This document shows, one piece after another, positions 1 through 11,503 of a DNA stretch of 64,000 nucleotides. Source of the stretch: Halopseudomonas sabulinigri (GTDB taxonomy: Bacteria; Pseudomonadota; Gammaproteobacteria; Pseudomonadales; Pseudomonadaceae); assembly GCA_011053055.1 (NCBI GenBank), contig DRHT01000014.1, forward strand, positions 40,930-104,929, written 5' to 3'. How positions within the stretch are numbered: the first letter of the stretch is position 1; each line of letters opens with the position of its first letter. A program made the translations under genes and the position numbers. Under the pieces are notes generated by a model. It was not told the DNA's origin. It saw only the letters and a program-made list of their open reading frames with translations, and searched no databases.

Positions 1-815
1 CTGGAGCCAATCTCTTCGTGGTCGGTACACACCAGCAGGCAGGCTTGCGTCTCGTCTGAGTCGAGTAGCGCAGTCAGACCGGCATGGCAGGACAGCAGGT
101 TGTCCAGCCGGGCGGAGCTGAAAAAATCGTCATCCAAGCCTATGGTGGCGGGTGGCTGGGTGTCGTAGAAGCTCAATTCGTAATCGAGTATCGCGACCTC
201 GCCACAATCTGGGTGTTGTCGGCGCAAATGGTCCGACAGCAGGCTACGCAAGTCGCGCGCCGGGTCTAGACTATGGGCCAATATGGGGGGCAGGTCGGTC
301 TGTGCATTGATTGGCTGACCTTCGTTGACGCCACGGTTGAGGTGGATCGCCAGATTAGGGATCACCGCGATGGGGCGCTTGAAATCAATCAGTTTGCTGG
401 CGATGCGGCCGTCGGTGTTGCGGAAGCTCACCCTGCCGGCTAGCGACAAGTCGCGGTCGAACCAGGGTGCCAGCAAGGCGCCACCATAAACTTCCACACC
501 TAGCTGCCAGAGACCCTGCTGATTGAGTTCGGGCTGCGGCTTGACCTTCAGGCAGGGGCTGTCTGTGTGCGCGCCAACCAAGCGAATGCCGCGTTGCAGA
601 CTATCTTTGCCGCCCATCTGAAAGGCTATGAGTGAGGATTCGTTGCGGGTAACCAGGTACTTTCCGCCAGTTACAAGCTGCCAGTCGGCGCGCTCGTCCA
701 ATGCCTTGTATCCGGCGTCAATTAAACGATTGCGTAGGGTAGCTGTGGCATGAAATGGAGTAGGGGATTGGCTAATGAAATCGGCCAGATCCTGATTCAA
801 GGGAATGTTCGACAT
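1..815 (-). CDS. apeB: M18-family aminopeptidase (aspartyl-aminopeptidase-like), N-terminal ~271 codons; the C-terminus lies beyond the left window edge
   Basis: Absent from the ORF track because it runs off the edge. Manual minus-strand translation from the ATG (complement of 813-815) is open to position 1: [27 protein letters not shown]...[14 protein letters not shown]...[12 protein letters not shown]...CTDHEEIGS. These are typical peptidase M18 motifs. It neighbours rluA-minEDC as in Pseudomonas. Confidence 0.8.
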   Translation of the reverse strand, partial: MSNIPLNQDLADFISQSPTPFHATATLRNRLIDAGYKALDERADWQLVTGGKYLVTRNESSLIAFQMGGKDSLQRGIRLVGAHTDSPCLKVKPQPELNQQGLWQLGVEVYGGALLAPWFDRDLSLAGRVSFRNTDGRIASKLIDFKRPIAVIPNLAIHLNRGVNEGQPINAQTDLPPILAHSLDPARDLRSLLSDHLRRQHPDCGEVAILDYELSFYDTQPPATIGLDDDFFSSARLDNLLSCHAGLTALLDSDETQACLLVCTDHEEIGS

Positions 816-841
816 GCCGGATTCCTCGCTGGCAGGTTGCT

Positions 842-1477
842 TCAAAAAGGGCAGGGGCACTCGAAAGCCAAACGCTCGCCCGTTTCTGGATGACTGATCA
901 CCAGTTTTGCAGCGTGCAATGCCAGCCTCGGGCACGCTTGCAGTGCTTGCTCGTGGGCGTATAGCTGATCGCCCAGCAATGGATGGCCAATCGCAAGCAT
1001 GTGCACGCGCAACTGGTGTGAGCGACCGGTAATAGGCGTTAATTCGACGCGGCAATGATCGGTATGACGCTCAAGCACGCGCCAGAAGGTTTGTGCGTGC
1101 TTACCCAGCTCATGGTCAACAATATGCCGGGGCTTATTGGGCGGATCATAACGCAATGGCAAGTCAATATGCCCAGAGTCGGCGGTAGGCTGACCCCAGC
1201 ACAGCGCCATGTAGGCTTTTTCCGTTTCTCGATCGTGAAACTGACGAGACAGCTCGCGATGGGCATCGGGGTTGCGCGCAATCACCAGCAGACCGGAGGT
1301 TTCCCAGTCCAGGCGATGTACTATGCGCGCTTCTGGATAGCCATTGTCTTGCAGGCGAGTAATCAAACAATCCTTGTTATCGTCAGCACGGCCGGGCACA
1401 GACAGCAGTAGTGTGGGTTTGTTGACGATAAGAAAGGCGGGATCCTGATGCAGGATGCCGATGTTGGTCAGGGGCAT
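842..1477 (-). CDS. rluA: RluA-family pseudouridine synthase
   Basis: 211-aa ORF with the [16 protein letters not shown] catalytic-Asp motif and the GRSHQLRVH motif. It lies adjacent to minE. Confidence 0.85.
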   Translation of the reverse strand: MPLTNIGILHQDPAFLIVNKPTLLLSVPGRADDNKDCLITRLQDNGYPEARIVHRLDWETSGLLVIARNPDAHRELSRQFHDRETEKAYMALCWGQPTADSGHIDLPLRYDPPNKPRHIVDHELGKHAQTFWRVLERHTDHCRVELTPITGRSHQLRVHMLAIGHPLLGDQLYAHEQALQACPRLALHAAKLVISHPETGERLAFECPCPF

Positions 1478-1520
1478 GATGGTTCCGCTGCGCCACCCTT
1501 GGTTGGGTGGCGCATTGTCT

Positions 1521-1778
1521 TCAGGGGCGTTCTGGCAGGGTGATGTTCAGCTCCAGGATGGAGCAATCATCCTGGTTGTCGAGGGCGACGTGCACCTGCT
1601 CGCGATCAATCTGTACATACTTGCTGATCACATCAATGATCTCCTGCTGTAACCGCGGCAGGTAATCAGGCTGGTTACGTTGACCACGTTCGTGGGCGAC
1701 TATGATCTGCAGGCGTTCTTTGGCGATGGACGCCGTCGCCGGCTTTTTGCGATCACGGAAGTAGTCGAAAATACTCAT
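1521..1778 (-). CDS. minE: Cell division topological specificity factor MinE (85 aa)
   Basis: Internal ATG (complement of 1776-1778) of the 125-aa track ORF gives [31 protein letters not shown]..., a canonical MinE N-terminus. It starts 1 nt after the minD stop. Confidence 0.95.
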   Translation of the reverse strand: MSIFDYFRDRKKPATASIAKERLQIIVAHERGQRNQPDYLPRLQQEIIDVISKYVQIDREQVHVALDNQDDCSILELNITLPERP

Positions 1779-1779
1779 G

Positions 1780-2589
1780 TTAGCGACCTCCAAACAGGCG
1801 CTGCAGCAGCCCCTTCTTCTGTAGCTCAAGGAAGCGGTGAGGCATGTCCTTACCGAGCAGACGTTCAACTGCATCAGCGTAGGCTTGGCCGGCATCACTC
1901 TTGTCGTCCATGATCACAGGAACACCCTGGTTGGACGCTTTGAGAACGGCCTGAGACTCCGGGATCACACCCAGCAACGGAATCGACAGAATGTCTTCGA
2001 CGTCGCTGACCGAGAGCATTTCGCCATTTTCGACGCGCTCCGGATTGTAGCGAGTCAGCAGCAGGTGCTCTTTGATCTTCTCGCCGTTCTCAGCGCGTCT
2101 GGACTTGCTAGACAGCAGGCCGAGCATGCGGTCAGAGTCACGTACTGAGGACACTTCCGGGTTAGTTACCACAACAGCTTCATCGGCAAAGTACATTGCC
2201 AAATGCGCGCCTTTCTCGATGCCAGCAGGGGAATCGCAGACGATATAATCGAAGGTTTCCTTCAGCTCGTTCAGAACGCGCTCAACACCTTCCGGGGTCA
2301 GGGCATCTTTATCGCGAGTTTGCGAGGCCGGCAGGATAAACAGCATGTCGGAGCGCTTATCCTTAATCAGGGTCTGATTGAGGTTGGAGTCGCCGTTGAT
2401 CAGGTTGACGAAGTCATAGACCACGCGCCGTTCACAACCCATGATCAGGTCCAAATTACGCAGCCCTACGTCAAAATCGACGATGACTGTTTTGAAGCCG
2501 CGCAGTGCTAAGCCGGTGCCGATGGCAGCACTGGTGGTGGTTTTGCCCACCCCGCCTTTGCCTGATGTGACGACGATGATCTTTGCCAA
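1780..2589 (-). CDS. minD: Septum site-determining ATPase MinD
   Basis: 269 aa with the deviant Walker A motif GKGGVGKTT and a C-terminal amphipathic helix ([11 protein letters not shown]). Confidence 0.97.
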   Translation of the reverse strand: MAKIIVVTSGKGGVGKTTTSAAIGTGLALRGFKTVIVDFDVGLRNLDLIMGCERRVVYDFVNLINGDSNLNQTLIKDKRSDMLFILPASQTRDKDALTPEGVERVLNELKETFDYIVCDSPAGIEKGAHLAMYFADEAVVVTNPEVSSVRDSDRMLGLLSSKSRRAENGEKIKEHLLLTRYNPERVENGEMLSVSDVEDILSIPLLGVIPESQAVLKASNQGVPVIMDDKSDAGQAYADAVERLLGKDMPHRFLELQKKGLLQRLFGGR

Positions 2590-2736
2590 AATGACCTTCC
2601 TGTCGAGTTTCTCTAATGGTGGAATGTCGCGTTGAAAAACGATGCTTGCAACGCGAAAAATAGTGTTCTGGCGGAGCCCAGCTGTTGGCCAGAGGCCACA
2701 ACTGACGGGCTTCCCCGAATGGCTGAACAGTATCTG

Positions 2737-3486
2737 TTAAAGGGCGGTCATCTTCAAGCTGTCGCCGTCTAAACTGATATGTACTGCCTGTTTCCATTGT
2801 TTCTCTTTGCGCAGATCCTCTGCGACTTTGTAGTGCCCGGCGATAGACACCAGCTCAGCCTCAAGGTTCTGACAGAAAATGCGAGCCTCGGTATTGCCCT
2901 GCACGCCAGCGAGTGCGCGCCCACGCAGCGGGCCATATACATGAATATGGCCATCTGCAAGCAGCTCTGCGCCGGCGCTGACCGGCGCCATGACGATCAG
3001 GTCACCGCCGCGGGCATAGACTTGCTGGCCAGACCGGACTGGTTCGGTAATCAGCTTTCCACCACCGCTTGGGGCTGCTCTTGGCGCTTGTGCAACAGGC
3101 GCGGGCTCTGGCCGCAGAGCGGGGGTTTCGATGCTTTTTTCGCGCTGGCGTCCAACTGGCACCAGCACCATGCCGGCACTTTGGGCTAGTGGACGAAAGC
3201 TTTCACCGCCACGCAGGGCGACAGGTTGCAGGCCGTGTTGGCGGCAGATTTCCAGCAAGCCTTTCAGTGCAGCGGCGTCAATCCTATCGGTCAGCTTATC
3301 GAGCGCAATGACCACCGGGGTGTCGACGAAAAAGTTGGGAGCTTGCTCGACTTTTTCCGCCAATTGCCGGGCGAAGTGGTCTTGGGACAGACGCGCCAGT
3401 TCCACAACCGTCATGGTCAGCATGCCGCCCTTGAGGTTGAATACGGGGTCGTTGTCGAGCAGGTCCAAAGTAGTGTCAGCAGTCAT
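2737..3486 (-). CDS. minC: Septum site-determining protein MinC
   Basis: Track ORF 2737..3516. The start is trimmed to MTADTTLDLLDNDPVFNLKG (complement of 3484-3486), which matches MinC N-termini. The C-terminal beta-helix region reads GDLIVMAPVSAGAELLADGHIHVYG. Confidence 0.9.
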   Translation of the reverse strand: MTADTTLDLLDNDPVFNLKGGMLTMTVVELARLSQDHFARQLAEKVEQAPNFFVDTPVVIALDKLTDRIDAAALKGLLEICRQHGLQPVALRGGESFRPLAQSAGMVLVPVGRQREKSIETPALRPEPAPVAQAPRAAPSGGGKLITEPVRSGQQVYARGGDLIVMAPVSAGAELLADGHIHVYGPLRGRALAGVQGNTEARIFCQNLEAELVSIAGHYKVAEDLRKEKQWKQAVHISLDGDSLKMTAL

Positions 3487-3594
3487 GGTCGTTCCGTTTC
3501 GCATTAATGGGCACACTTATATAGATTGGCTACGCTGATCGCAAGCCGCGCGCGGCTTGGTTAGAATGTGGTTTTTGTGCAAATGGACATCCAA

Positions 3595-4551
3595 ATGGAT
3601 CATGCGGTTTTTTCTCGAGCCTTACTGCACCCTCGCTACTGGCTATTGTGGCTGGGTTTGGGGTTGTTGTGGCTGGTCGTGCAGTTGCCATACCCCTGGT
3701 TGTTAGGGCTTGGCCGCTTGGTCGGCAAATTGATGTTTTACTTCATGGCTGACCGCCGCGAAGTGGCGCGGGTCAACCTTGAGTTGTGTTTTCCGCAAAA
3801 GAGCAGCCAAGAGCGCGAGCAGTTGTTGCGGGAGAATTTTGCCTCTAACGGCATTGCGCTGTTTGAAATGGCGATGGCCTGGTGGTGGCCCAAACGGCGC
3901 TTGGCCCGGTTGGCGCATATAGAGGGCATTGAATATCTGCGCGACGCAGCGGCGAAGGGGCAGGGCGTCGTGTTGATGTCGTTGCATTTCACTACCCTGG
4001 AGATTGGCGCAGGTTTGTTGGGGCAAGTGGTCACCATCGATGGTATGTACCGTGAGCACCGCAACGCGGCGTTCGACTATGTGCAACGTCATGGCCGCGA
4101 ACGCCAGAATCGAGATGCCAAGGCAGTTGAGCGCGAAGACGTGCGTAGTATGATGCGCTCGCTACGTAGCGGGCGAGCAATTTGGTACGCACCTGACCAG
4201 GACTATGGCCGCAAAGCCAGTGTCTTTGTCCCGCTGTTTGGGGTCGAGGCTGCTACGGTGACGGCTACCAGTACCTTTGCGCGGTTGGGTAAAGCGCTAG
4301 TAGTGCCCTTTACGCAAAGCCGTTTGCCAAATGCACAGGGCTACAAGCTGACCATTCATCCGCCACTGCAAAGCTTCCCCAGTGGCGATGATGGTGCCGA
4401 TGCACTGCGTATTAACCAATGGGTAGAACAGGCGGTAGCGGCGCAGCCAGATCAGTACATGTGGGTGCACAGGCGCTTCAAAACACGGCCCGAAGGGGTA
4501 GAAAGGCCCTACGCTAAACGGAGTCGACGTCGGCGCAGTCGTCACGCATGA
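3595..4551 (+). CDS. lpxL: Lipid A biosynthesis lauroyl/late acyltransferase (LpxL/HtrB family)
   Basis: The track ORF starts at GTG 3568. ATG 3595 gives MDHAVFSRALLHPRYWLLWLG, a typical HtrB N-terminus with a membrane anchor. The acyltransferase block SLHFTTLEIG and PDQD are present. Confidence 0.85.
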   Translation: MDHAVFSRALLHPRYWLLWLGLGLLWLVVQLPYPWLLGLGRLVGKLMFYFMADRREVARVNLELCFPQKSSQEREQLLRENFASNGIALFEMAMAWWWPKRRLARLAHIEGIEYLRDAAAKGQGVVLMSLHFTTLEIGAGLLGQVVTIDGMYREHRNAAFDYVQRHGRERQNRDAKAVEREDVRSMMRSLRSGRAIWYAPDQDYGRKASVFVPLFGVEAATVTATSTFARLGKALVVPFTQSRLPNAQGYKLTIHPPLQSFPSGDDGADALRINQWVEQAVAAQPDQYMWVHRRFKTRPEGVERPYAKRSRRRRSRHA

Positions 4552-5759
4552 ATATGCAGCGACCAAGCGATTGCACGGGGCTGATTCTGTCCGGTGGTGG
4601 CGCGCGGGCGGCCTATCAAGTGGGCGTGCTATCAGTTATTGCCGAGCTGCTGCCGGCCGGTGCGGCCAATCCTTTCCCCGTTATCTGCGGGACCTCGGCC
4701 GGAGCCATCAACGCCGTGGCGCTAGCCAGTCATGCGCGTAATTTTGCCGATGGCGTGGATCGCCTGCAGGAGGTCTGGTCGCAGTTTCGCTGTGAGCAGG
4801 TCTACCGGAGCGACTGGCCGGGAGTCACTGCGCAGGCATGGCGCTGGGCGCGCGCTAACCTGCTAGGGTTCCGGAGCGCGCAGCCCACAGCCCTGCTCGA
4901 CAACGCGCCGTTGCGCAAGTTACTAGAGCGCACACTAAAGTTTGGTCAGATTGATGACAGTCTGCAGAGTGGTGCGTTGCGCGCTATCTCAATCAGCGCC
5001 TTCGGTTACCAGTCAGCAGATTCGGTCAATTTTTATCAGGGAGTTGAGCGCATCTCGCCTTGGGCACGGCATCGTCGAGTGGGCGTGCAGACTCGGCTTG
5101 GCCTTGAGCATTTGATGGCCTCTTCAGCCATTCCGCTGGTCTTCCCGCCAGTACTGCTTAATCGCGAATGGTTTGGCGATGGTGCTGTGCGGCAGCAGGC
5201 GCCGATCAGTCCGGCGCTGCATCTTGGCGCCAATCGTGTATTGGTGATTGGCGTATCAGACAATCTCTCCAATCAGCCAGTGGGTGGACGTCGTGGTCCG
5301 CGCTTGCGCACCGCGCCGCCGCCGACGTTGGCGCAAATTGGTGGGCATCTGTTAAGCAGTACTTTTGTCGATAACCTGGAAGCGGACGTCGAGTTGCTGG
5401 AGCGCATGAATCGGTTGGCGGGCTATCTTCCGACCGGCTCACGCTATTCGGGCAAAGGAGTGCGGCAGGTAGAGGTGCAGATTATCTCACCGAGTGAGCC
5501 ATTAAATCTGATTGCCGCCCGTCACCGTAAATCGATGCCGCGCAGTCTGCGCGCCTTTCTGCGGGGCAGTGGCGTGACCCGGGCGTCAGGCGGCAGTGTG
5601 CTCAGTTACCTGTTGTTTGAGGCGGAATACTGTCAGGAGCTGATGGAGCTGGGGCGGCGTGACGCGCTGGCCAAAGCGGAGGCCTTGCAGCGTTTTCTGG
5701 GTGTGTTGTGTCCTTTGCAAGCGCCGACCGAGGTCGACGCTCACGCGGGTGGGGCTTAA
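4548..5759 (+). CDS. Patatin-like phospholipase family protein
   Basis: 403 aa with the oxyanion motif SGGGARAAYQVG, the GTSAGA (GxSxG) nucleophile and a later DGA(V) Asp motif. Its start overlaps the lpxL stop (ATGA). Confidence 0.85.
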   Translation: MNMQRPSDCTGLILSGGGARAAYQVGVLSVIAELLPAGAANPFPVICGTSAGAINAVALASHARNFADGVDRLQEVWSQFRCEQVYRSDWPGVTAQAWRWARANLLGFRSAQPTALLDNAPLRKLLERTLKFGQIDDSLQSGALRAISISAFGYQSADSVNFYQGVERISPWARHRRVGVQTRLGLEHLMASSAIPLVFPPVLLNREWFGDGAVRQQAPISPALHLGANRVLVIGVSDNLSNQPVGGRRGPRLRTAPPPTLAQIGGHLLSSTFVDNLEADVELLERMNRLAGYLPTGSRYSGKGVRQVEVQIISPSEPLNLIAARHRKSMPRSLRAFLRGSGVTRASGGSVLSYLLFEAEYCQELMELGRRDALAKAEALQRFLGVLCPLQAPTEVDAHAGGA

Positions 5760-5778
5760 CGCAGCTTGGTCGGTGGCT

Positions 5779-8619
5779 TTAGCCAACTACCAATACGCGA
5801 ATGGCATCGAGTCGCAATTTAGCTTGCTGCAAGACGTGGTTGCCTTGTTCGTACTGGCGTTCCAATGCACTGATTTCATCGTCACGCACCAGCGGATTGA
5901 CTTCTCGGAGCGCTTTCAGACGCTGGATCTCTTCCTCCAGTTCGCGGCTGAAACGCGCTCGGGCTTCGTCAATGACTTGTGAGTGCTGATCCTTCGCGGC
6001 TGCTTCAGCGTTTTTAAGCAGCGCTTCTACTGGTTCGCGTTGGGTTTTGGCGACCTTAGTGGCCAGTTGACGTGGCAGTGATTCGACTTGGGCGTCTAGG
6101 GTATCGAAACTGACCTTGGACGCCAGGTCATTACCGCTGGTATCGAGCAAACAGCGGATCGGCGTTGGCGGTAGATAACGCTGCAGCTGCAAAGCCCGCG
6201 GCGCTATGGCCTCACACACGAATATGCATTCCAGTAGCATGGTGCCGGGCTTGAGCGCCTTATTCTTGAGCAGGCCAACCGAGCTATTGCCCATGCTGCC
6301 TGACAGCACCAAGTCCATACCACCCTGCAGCATCGGATGCTCCCACGTCAGGAACTGCATGTCTTCGCGCGAGAGCGCGGTTTCCCGGTCATAGGTGATG
6401 GTTACGCCTTCGTCATCGCCCAACGGGAAGCCAGCGTCCAGCATGCGCTCCCCAGGCCGCAGTACCAAGGCGTTGTCTGAATGATCGTCGCTGTCGATGC
6501 CGAATACGTCGAACAGGCGCTCCATATAAATGGGCAGCTGCAGATTGTTGTCTTGTTTATCGATGGCGCTGATCATCTGCGCGGAGTCCTGATGGCCGCG
6601 CGAATGCAACTCCAACAAGCGATCGCGGCCGTTGTGCAGCTCTTGCTCCATTGCCAATCGACGGCTGCGCGCCTGCTCGATCAGAGCTTCCCATTCGCTG
6701 GTCTGTGGATGGTCGAGTTGGGTCAGTAGCGCGCCGCCAAATTCGTGCTGCAGGGCGTTGCCAGCAGGGCAAGTGCTCTGAAATGCATTCAGTGCGAGGT
6801 GATACCACTCGAACAGGCGCTGCTGGGCAGTCTCTTCGATGTAGGGTATGTGCAGCTGAATGATCTCACGTTGGCCAATGCGATCAAGACGGCCAATACG
6901 CTGCTCCAGCAAATCGGGGTGGCTGGGTAAATCGAACATCACCAAGTGATGTGCAAATTGGAAATTGCGCCCTTCACTGCCGATCTCCGAGCAAATCATC
7001 ACCTGGGCGCCGAACTCTTCATCGGCGAAGAAGGCGGCGGCGCGGTCGCGCTCGATGATGCTCATACCCTCGTGGAATACAGTGGCTGGGACGCCGCTGC
7101 GCACGCGCAGGGCGTCTTCCAGATCAAGCGCGGTTTCGGCATGCGCGCAAATCACCAACACCTTGCTGCGCTTAAGCACCTTAAGGGTGTCTATCAGCCA
7201 TTCGACGCGCGGATCTTCGAGCCACCACATGGTTTCAGCGGCGTCGAAATCAGCCTGCAGCGGCTGTTCTGGATAAAGTGAAACGCGGCCTTCCAGGTCC
7301 TGATAAAGCGCAGGGCAAGGGAGCGGGTAAGCATGCAGCTGGCGTTCAGGGATTCCCGAAATGGCTGCGCGCGTATTGCGATACAACACCCGTCCGGTGC
7401 CGTGGCGGTCGAGCAGCTGGCGAACCAGACTGTCACGGGCGTTGTCGGCAGCTTCGCCGATCTCGTTCAGTGCCGCCAGTTGCGGCTCGGCGCTATTGCC
7501 AAGCCAGTCGACGATTGCGCTTTGGTCGGCGTCAGTCAGTTGGTCGGCTTCCAGTAGGTGTTGCACTGCGTCGGCTACCGGCTGATAGCGCTCGGCTTCA
7601 GCGATGAACTCCGGCAGGCTGTGAAAACGGTCTGGATCGAGCAGTCGCAGGCGCGCAAAGTGGCTAGCTTGGCCGAGTTGCTCGGGCGTGGCGGTCAGCA
7701 GCAGCACGGCAGGAATCTGCCTCGCGAGGCCTTCTACCAGCTGATACTCGGGGCTGGGTTTGTCTTCATGCCAGACCAGATGATGGGCCTCATCGACCAC
7801 CAGCATGTCCCAGTCGGTTTGCTGCAGGTAATCACTGACTTTGCCGTTCTCAAGCAAAAACTCCAGTGCCACCAGCGCCAGCTGCTCCTCCTCAAACGGA
7901 TTCTCTTCCGCGCCTTCGCAGCGATCTGGATTGAATAGCGCAAACTGCAGGTTGAAGCGCCGACGCATTTCCACCAGCCACTGGTGCTGCAAGTTTTCGG
8001 GTACCACGATCAGTGCGCGACGAATACGCCCAGTCTGCAATTGGCGGTGTAAAATCAGACCGGCCTCGATGGTTTTACCCAAGCCAACCTCATCCGCCAG
8101 CAGGACGCGTGGCGCCATACGGTCGGCAACATCGCGGGCAATATGCAGCTGATGCCCAATGGGTTGTGTGCGCACACCCGCCAAGCCCAGCAACGGCGAA
8201 CGCTGCACGCGGCAGTAATGACGCAAGCTTTCATGGCGCAAGCTGAACCAGGGCAGGGGGTCGATCTGACTGGCGAACAGTCGGTCACTGGCTAGTCGGA
8301 ACTGAATGAAATTGTCGAGCATGGTTTCGGCGAAAACGGTCTCGCTGCCGTCGTCGCGCAGCCCGGTGTAGACCAGCAGACCGTCTTCTTCGCCAACGTC
8401 GTTGACGGTGATGCTCCAGCCCTCGTGGTGGCTGATGCTGTCGCCGGGGCTGAAGCGCACCCGCGTCAGAGGCGCGTTGCGCAATGCGTAATGACGAGTC
8501 TCGCCGCTGGCGGGGTACAACACCACCACCATACGGTCGTCTTGAGAGAGGACTGTGCCCAGTCCCAGTTCTGATTCGCTGTCACTTACCCAGCGTTGTC
8601 CCGGGATAAATCCTGCCAT
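5779..8619 (-). CDS. rapA: RNA polymerase-associated SNF2-family ATPase RapA/HepA
   Basis: Track ORF 5779..8676. The start is trimmed to [23 protein letters not shown] (complement of 8617-8619), matching the RapA N-terminus. Helicase motifs DEVGLGKT and DEAHH are present. Confidence 0.95.
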   Translation of the reverse strand: MAGFIPGQRWVSDSESELGLGTVLSQDDRMVVVLYPASGETRHYALRNAPLTRVRFSPGDSISHHEGWSITVNDVGEEDGLLVYTGLRDDGSETVFAETMLDNFIQFRLASDRLFASQIDPLPWFSLRHESLRHYCRVQRSPLLGLAGVRTQPIGHQLHIARDVADRMAPRVLLADEVGLGKTIEAGLILHRQLQTGRIRRALIVVPENLQHQWLVEMRRRFNLQFALFNPDRCEGAEENPFEEEQLALVALEFLLENGKVSDYLQQTDWDMLVVDEAHHLVWHEDKPSPEYQLVEGLARQIPAVLLLTATPEQLGQASHFARLRLLDPDRFHSLPEFIAEAERYQPVADAVQHLLEADQLTDADQSAIVDWLGNSAEPQLAALNEIGEAADNARDSLVRQLLDRHGTGRVLYRNTRAAISGIPERQLHAYPLPCPALYQDLEGRVSLYPEQPLQADFDAAETMWWLEDPRVEWLIDTLKVLKRSKVLVICAHAETALDLEDALRVRSGVPATVFHEGMSIIERDRAAAFFADEEFGAQVMICSEIGSEGRNFQFAHHLVMFDLPSHPDLLEQRIGRLDRIGQREIIQLHIPYIEETAQQRLFEWYHLALNAFQSTCPAGNALQHEFGGALLTQLDHPQTSEWEALIEQARSRRLAMEQELHNGRDRLLELHSRGHQDSAQMISAIDKQDNNLQLPIYMERLFDVFGIDSDDHSDNALVLRPGERMLDAGFPLGDDEGVTITYDRETALSREDMQFLTWEHPMLQGGMDLVLSGSMGNSSVGLLKNKALKPGTMLLECIFVCEAIAPRALQLQRYLPPTPIRCLLDTSGNDLASKVSFDTLDAQVESLPRQLATKVAKTQREPVEALLKNAEAAAKDQHSQVIDEARARFSRELEEEIQRLKALREVNPLVRDDEISALERQYEQGNHVLQQAKLRLDAIRVLVVG

Positions 8620-8867
8620 GCCTCTCTCCTGACCGTGCGAAAAAAAGGGCGCACATCTTAACCGATAGGCCAGCAAGCAGAAACCTTGGGTTTCAATCTG
8701 CTGATGTTAAATCTCGCTTTACAGTTGATCAAAAAACATTCAATTATGTGTCTCGCATCACAGTTATTGCTGTAAAGGCGCGATCTTTTCGGTCGATACA
8801 GTGTAGACAACTTTGTATATAGAGCCGATGTCAGGGTGTCTGGCGGCTTTCACGAGGCTACACATTA

Positions 8868-9122
8868 ATGTTGATTCCAGGATTTCCATCCGGGGGTGCT
8901 CAACTGGACCCCGTCAAGTTTAAGCGGCAGGTGGAGCCGGCGCAGCAATCTCTGCCGGTAGACAAGGCCGAGACAGCGCCGGTTGAGCGGCGGCAGCGCG
9001 ACAAAGGACGCTGGCCGGAGCGGCGGAGCAAGCGGCGTCGCTTTATGCGTCAAGAACAGGCGTCGGATGAGCGCGAGTTCGATTTACCTAGCAAAGGGCT
9101 GCTGGTTGACATTGAAGTCTGA
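8868..9122 (+). CDS. Hypothetical basic protein (84 aa)
   Basis: Only an open frame with an ATG and a weak GAGG upstream. The product is Arg/Lys-rich and no family is recognised. Confidence 0.35.
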   Translation: MLIPGFPSGGAQLDPVKFKRQVEPAQQSLPVDKAETAPVERRQRDKGRWPERRSKRRRFMRQEQASDEREFDLPSKGLLVDIEV

Positions 9123-9203
9123 AGCGATGCTAGTCTTGCAGGCATTCAACAACCCAATTGCGCCGTCAGCCCGGCTGTCAGGCCAGTCGTCAGGGGTTTA
9201 AGC

Positions 9204-9386
9204 ATGTCTGAGAAAACCGATGCTCCAGTGGTCGTCGATCTTGCTGAGGCGCGGCAGCAACGCATCCACGACATTCACGATGCGCGCCTGGAGGCTATGC
9301 GTAGTGCCTTCTCTAAGGCATTGCCGCTTGCTGGCGCCAAAGCGTCCGGCAAAGCCAAGAAAAAAACCAAGAAAAAGCCACGCTGA
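9204..9386 (+). CDS. Hypothetical small protein (60 aa) with a Lys-rich tail
   Basis: ATG-initiated ORF MSEKTDAPVVVDLAEARQQRIHDIHDARLEAM...GKAKKKTKKKPR. No family is recognised. Confidence 0.4.
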   Translation: MSEKTDAPVVVDLAEARQQRIHDIHDARLEAMRSAFSKALPLAGAKASGKAKKKTKKKPR

Positions 9387-9477
9387 TCCGGCGTTATCGC
9401 ACTTCATTGACCCCGGTCAATATCCTCTGCAAGGCATCGACCTAACCTGTGTCTATAGAAAACGCAGGAGGTGTCTT

Positions 9478-9597
9478 ATGTACGTTGATGCAGCGGTCAT
9501 TGCAGGATTGGTCACAGTGGGCTTGATGTTTGCTTTTTTCGGTGGGGTGGGCTTGTTTATTTGGAGTGATATCAAAAAGACCAAGAAAAAAGCCTGA
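9478..9597 (+). CDS. Small single-pass membrane peptide (39 aa)
   Basis: A strong SD (AGGAGG) sits 6 nt before ATG 9478. The product MYVDAAVIAGLVTVGLMFAFFGGVGLFIWSDIKKTKKKA has one hydrophobic helix and a basic tail. It is in frame inside track ORF 9220..9597. Confidence 0.5.
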   Translation: MYVDAAVIAGLVTVGLMFAFFGGVGLFIWSDIKKTKKKA

Positions 9598-9654
9598 GTC
9601 GGGTTGCCTGCGTTTGGGGCATAATGGCGGGCCTGTGCACAGCGGCAGACTATT

Positions 9655-10281
9655 ATGCTTACTTCAAATCCGCCTCCCCCTCGGTCTCGTTGCGAGCGCT
9701 GTCTGCGCCCCTGCTTGCACTGCCTGTGTAGTTTGATCCCTTATTTGACCAACACTACCCACGTGCTGGTGATACAACACCCATCCGAACAAAAGCACGC
9801 CCTCAATACCGGCCGCATGCTGACTTTGGGTTTGGCTCGAGCCGATTTATTGATCACCGAATCGCTCGCTGAGCATCCGCAGTGGCTGCTAAAGCTGCAG
9901 GATCCCGAGTGGCGCACTGAGCTGCTTTTTCCAGGGGAGCAGGTTCCGTTGCTTGCGCTGCAGCCAGCAGACACCCGTCCACGACGGTTGGTGCTGCTGG
10001 ACGGTACCTGGCGCAAAGCACGCAAGCTGCTGCATTTAAACTCTTCATTGCAAGCGTTAGCGAAGGTCAGTCTGGCTGCGGGTTTGCACAGTCGTTATCG
10101 GCTGCGCAAGGTGCCGGAAGCCGGTGCGCTCTCCAGTATTGAGGCAGGCGCAGAAGCGCTTCGCCTGCTTGAACCAGAGCTTCCGGTCGAGCAGCTGCTG
10201 ATCCCATTCGATGCGCTGATAGATGCTCAAATCAATGCTATGGGGCAGGGGCTCTATCAGCGTAATTACCATTCTCGTTAA
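9655..10281 (+). CDS. DTW-domain protein (tRNA-uridine aminocarboxypropyltransferase family, YfiP/TapT-like)
   Basis: 208 aa with an N-terminal Cys cluster (RCERCLRPCLHCLC) and the signature LLDGTWRKARKL (DTW motif). Confidence 0.8.
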   Translation: MLTSNPPPPRSRCERCLRPCLHCLCSLIPYLTNTTHVLVIQHPSEQKHALNTGRMLTLGLARADLLITESLAEHPQWLLKLQDPEWRTELLFPGEQVPLLALQPADTRPRRLVLLDGTWRKARKLLHLNSSLQALAKVSLAAGLHSRYRLRKVPEAGALSSIEAGAEALRLLEPELPVEQLLIPFDALIDAQINAMGQGLYQRNYHSR

Positions 10282-10460
10282 GCATCCCTACTAATAACAT
10301 CTGCAGATCATCTTGCTGACGTGTAGGGCGCTTGATTCATGCTACTTATAGTGCCCCCCGAATTCCCACTTGCTGCTCTGCTTGTCGCTAGACTGAGCTT
10401 CGAGTCATTTGCTCGCACACAACAACAAAAATAGCGCAATTCGATAGTTAAGGGGTTTTC

Positions 10461-11273
10461 ATGCAATCAACAGGACAACGAGTCGTTATTACCGGCGCCG
10501 GTAGTGGGCTGGGACGTGAGCTGGCGCTGCGCTACGCGCGGGAAGGCGCGCGTTTGGCGTTGGCTGATATTAACGATGAAGGATTGAAGGAAACCCGGCA
10601 GCTGGTGGCTGACGTGGGTGGTTGGAGTTTCAGCCAACGCTGTGATGTGCGTGATTACAGCCAATTGGCGGCGCTAGCGCAAAGTTGTGAAGAGCGTTTC
10701 GGTGGTGTGGATGTGCTAATTAATAACGCCGGTGTGGCCTCCGGCGGTATGTTCTGGGATCTCAGTCTCGAGGATTGGGACTTTCAAATTGGTATAAACC
10801 TTATTGGTGTGGTTAAAGGGTGCAAGGCTTTCATGCCGTTATTCCTGGCGCAGGGGAGTGGGCGGATCATTAATATCGCTTCCATGGCCGCGCATATTCA
10901 GACACCGGGCATGAGTAACTACAATGTTGCCAAGGCGGGCGTCTTGGCCCTCTCAGAAAGCCTATTAGCTGAGCTGCAACCTTTGGGGATCAAAGTCAGC
11001 GTGGTCTGCCCATCATTTTTCCAGACCAATCTGCTGGACTCCTATCATGGCCCTGATCGCCAATCTAAAACTGATATGGCCAAGCTGCTGCAGAGTTCTC
11101 CAATCAGCGCGGCCGATGTGGCCGATGTAACCTACCGCGAGAGCGAAGCCGACCAATTTATGATTTTGCCGCACGAGCGTGGCCGTTTGGCAGTAGAGCA
11201 GAAGCGGGCGGATCCTCAGGTAATCTATCAAGAAATGTTCAAATTGGCCGCGCGTCGATTGCAGCAGAGCTGA
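10461..11273 (+). CDS. Short-chain dehydrogenase/reductase (SDR) family oxidoreductase
   Basis: 270 aa with the TGAGSGLG Rossmann motif, NNAG, and the YNVAK (YxxxK) catalytic motif. Confidence 0.85.
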   Translation: MQSTGQRVVITGAGSGLGRELALRYAREGARLALADINDEGLKETRQLVADVGGWSFSQRCDVRDYSQLAALAQSCEERFGGVDVLINNAGVASGGMFWDLSLEDWDFQIGINLIGVVKGCKAFMPLFLAQGSGRIINIASMAAHIQTPGMSNYNVAKAGVLALSESLLAELQPLGIKVSVVCPSFFQTNLLDSYHGPDRQSKTDMAKLLQSSPISAADVADVTYRESEADQFMILPHERGRLAVEQKRADPQVIYQEMFKLAARRLQQS

Positions 11274-11503
11274 CCTTGAGCCAGGCGGCTGACTCTCTGG
11301 TTAGTCGCTCTGCAGGGCTCTTTACTTCAAATGGTTCTTTATCACGCTGGTCTATTTTGTTTACCGCACGCGACGGTGTCTTTATGCTTGTCGGCCTTTG
11401 ATGGCGGTAGATGATTGCTCTGAGTCGCCATCCATTCACGAGTGTCTGGCCTGCTTAACAGCCTGATACTCGCTATACCCCTGCTGAATTTGAGGTTACT
11501 AGC

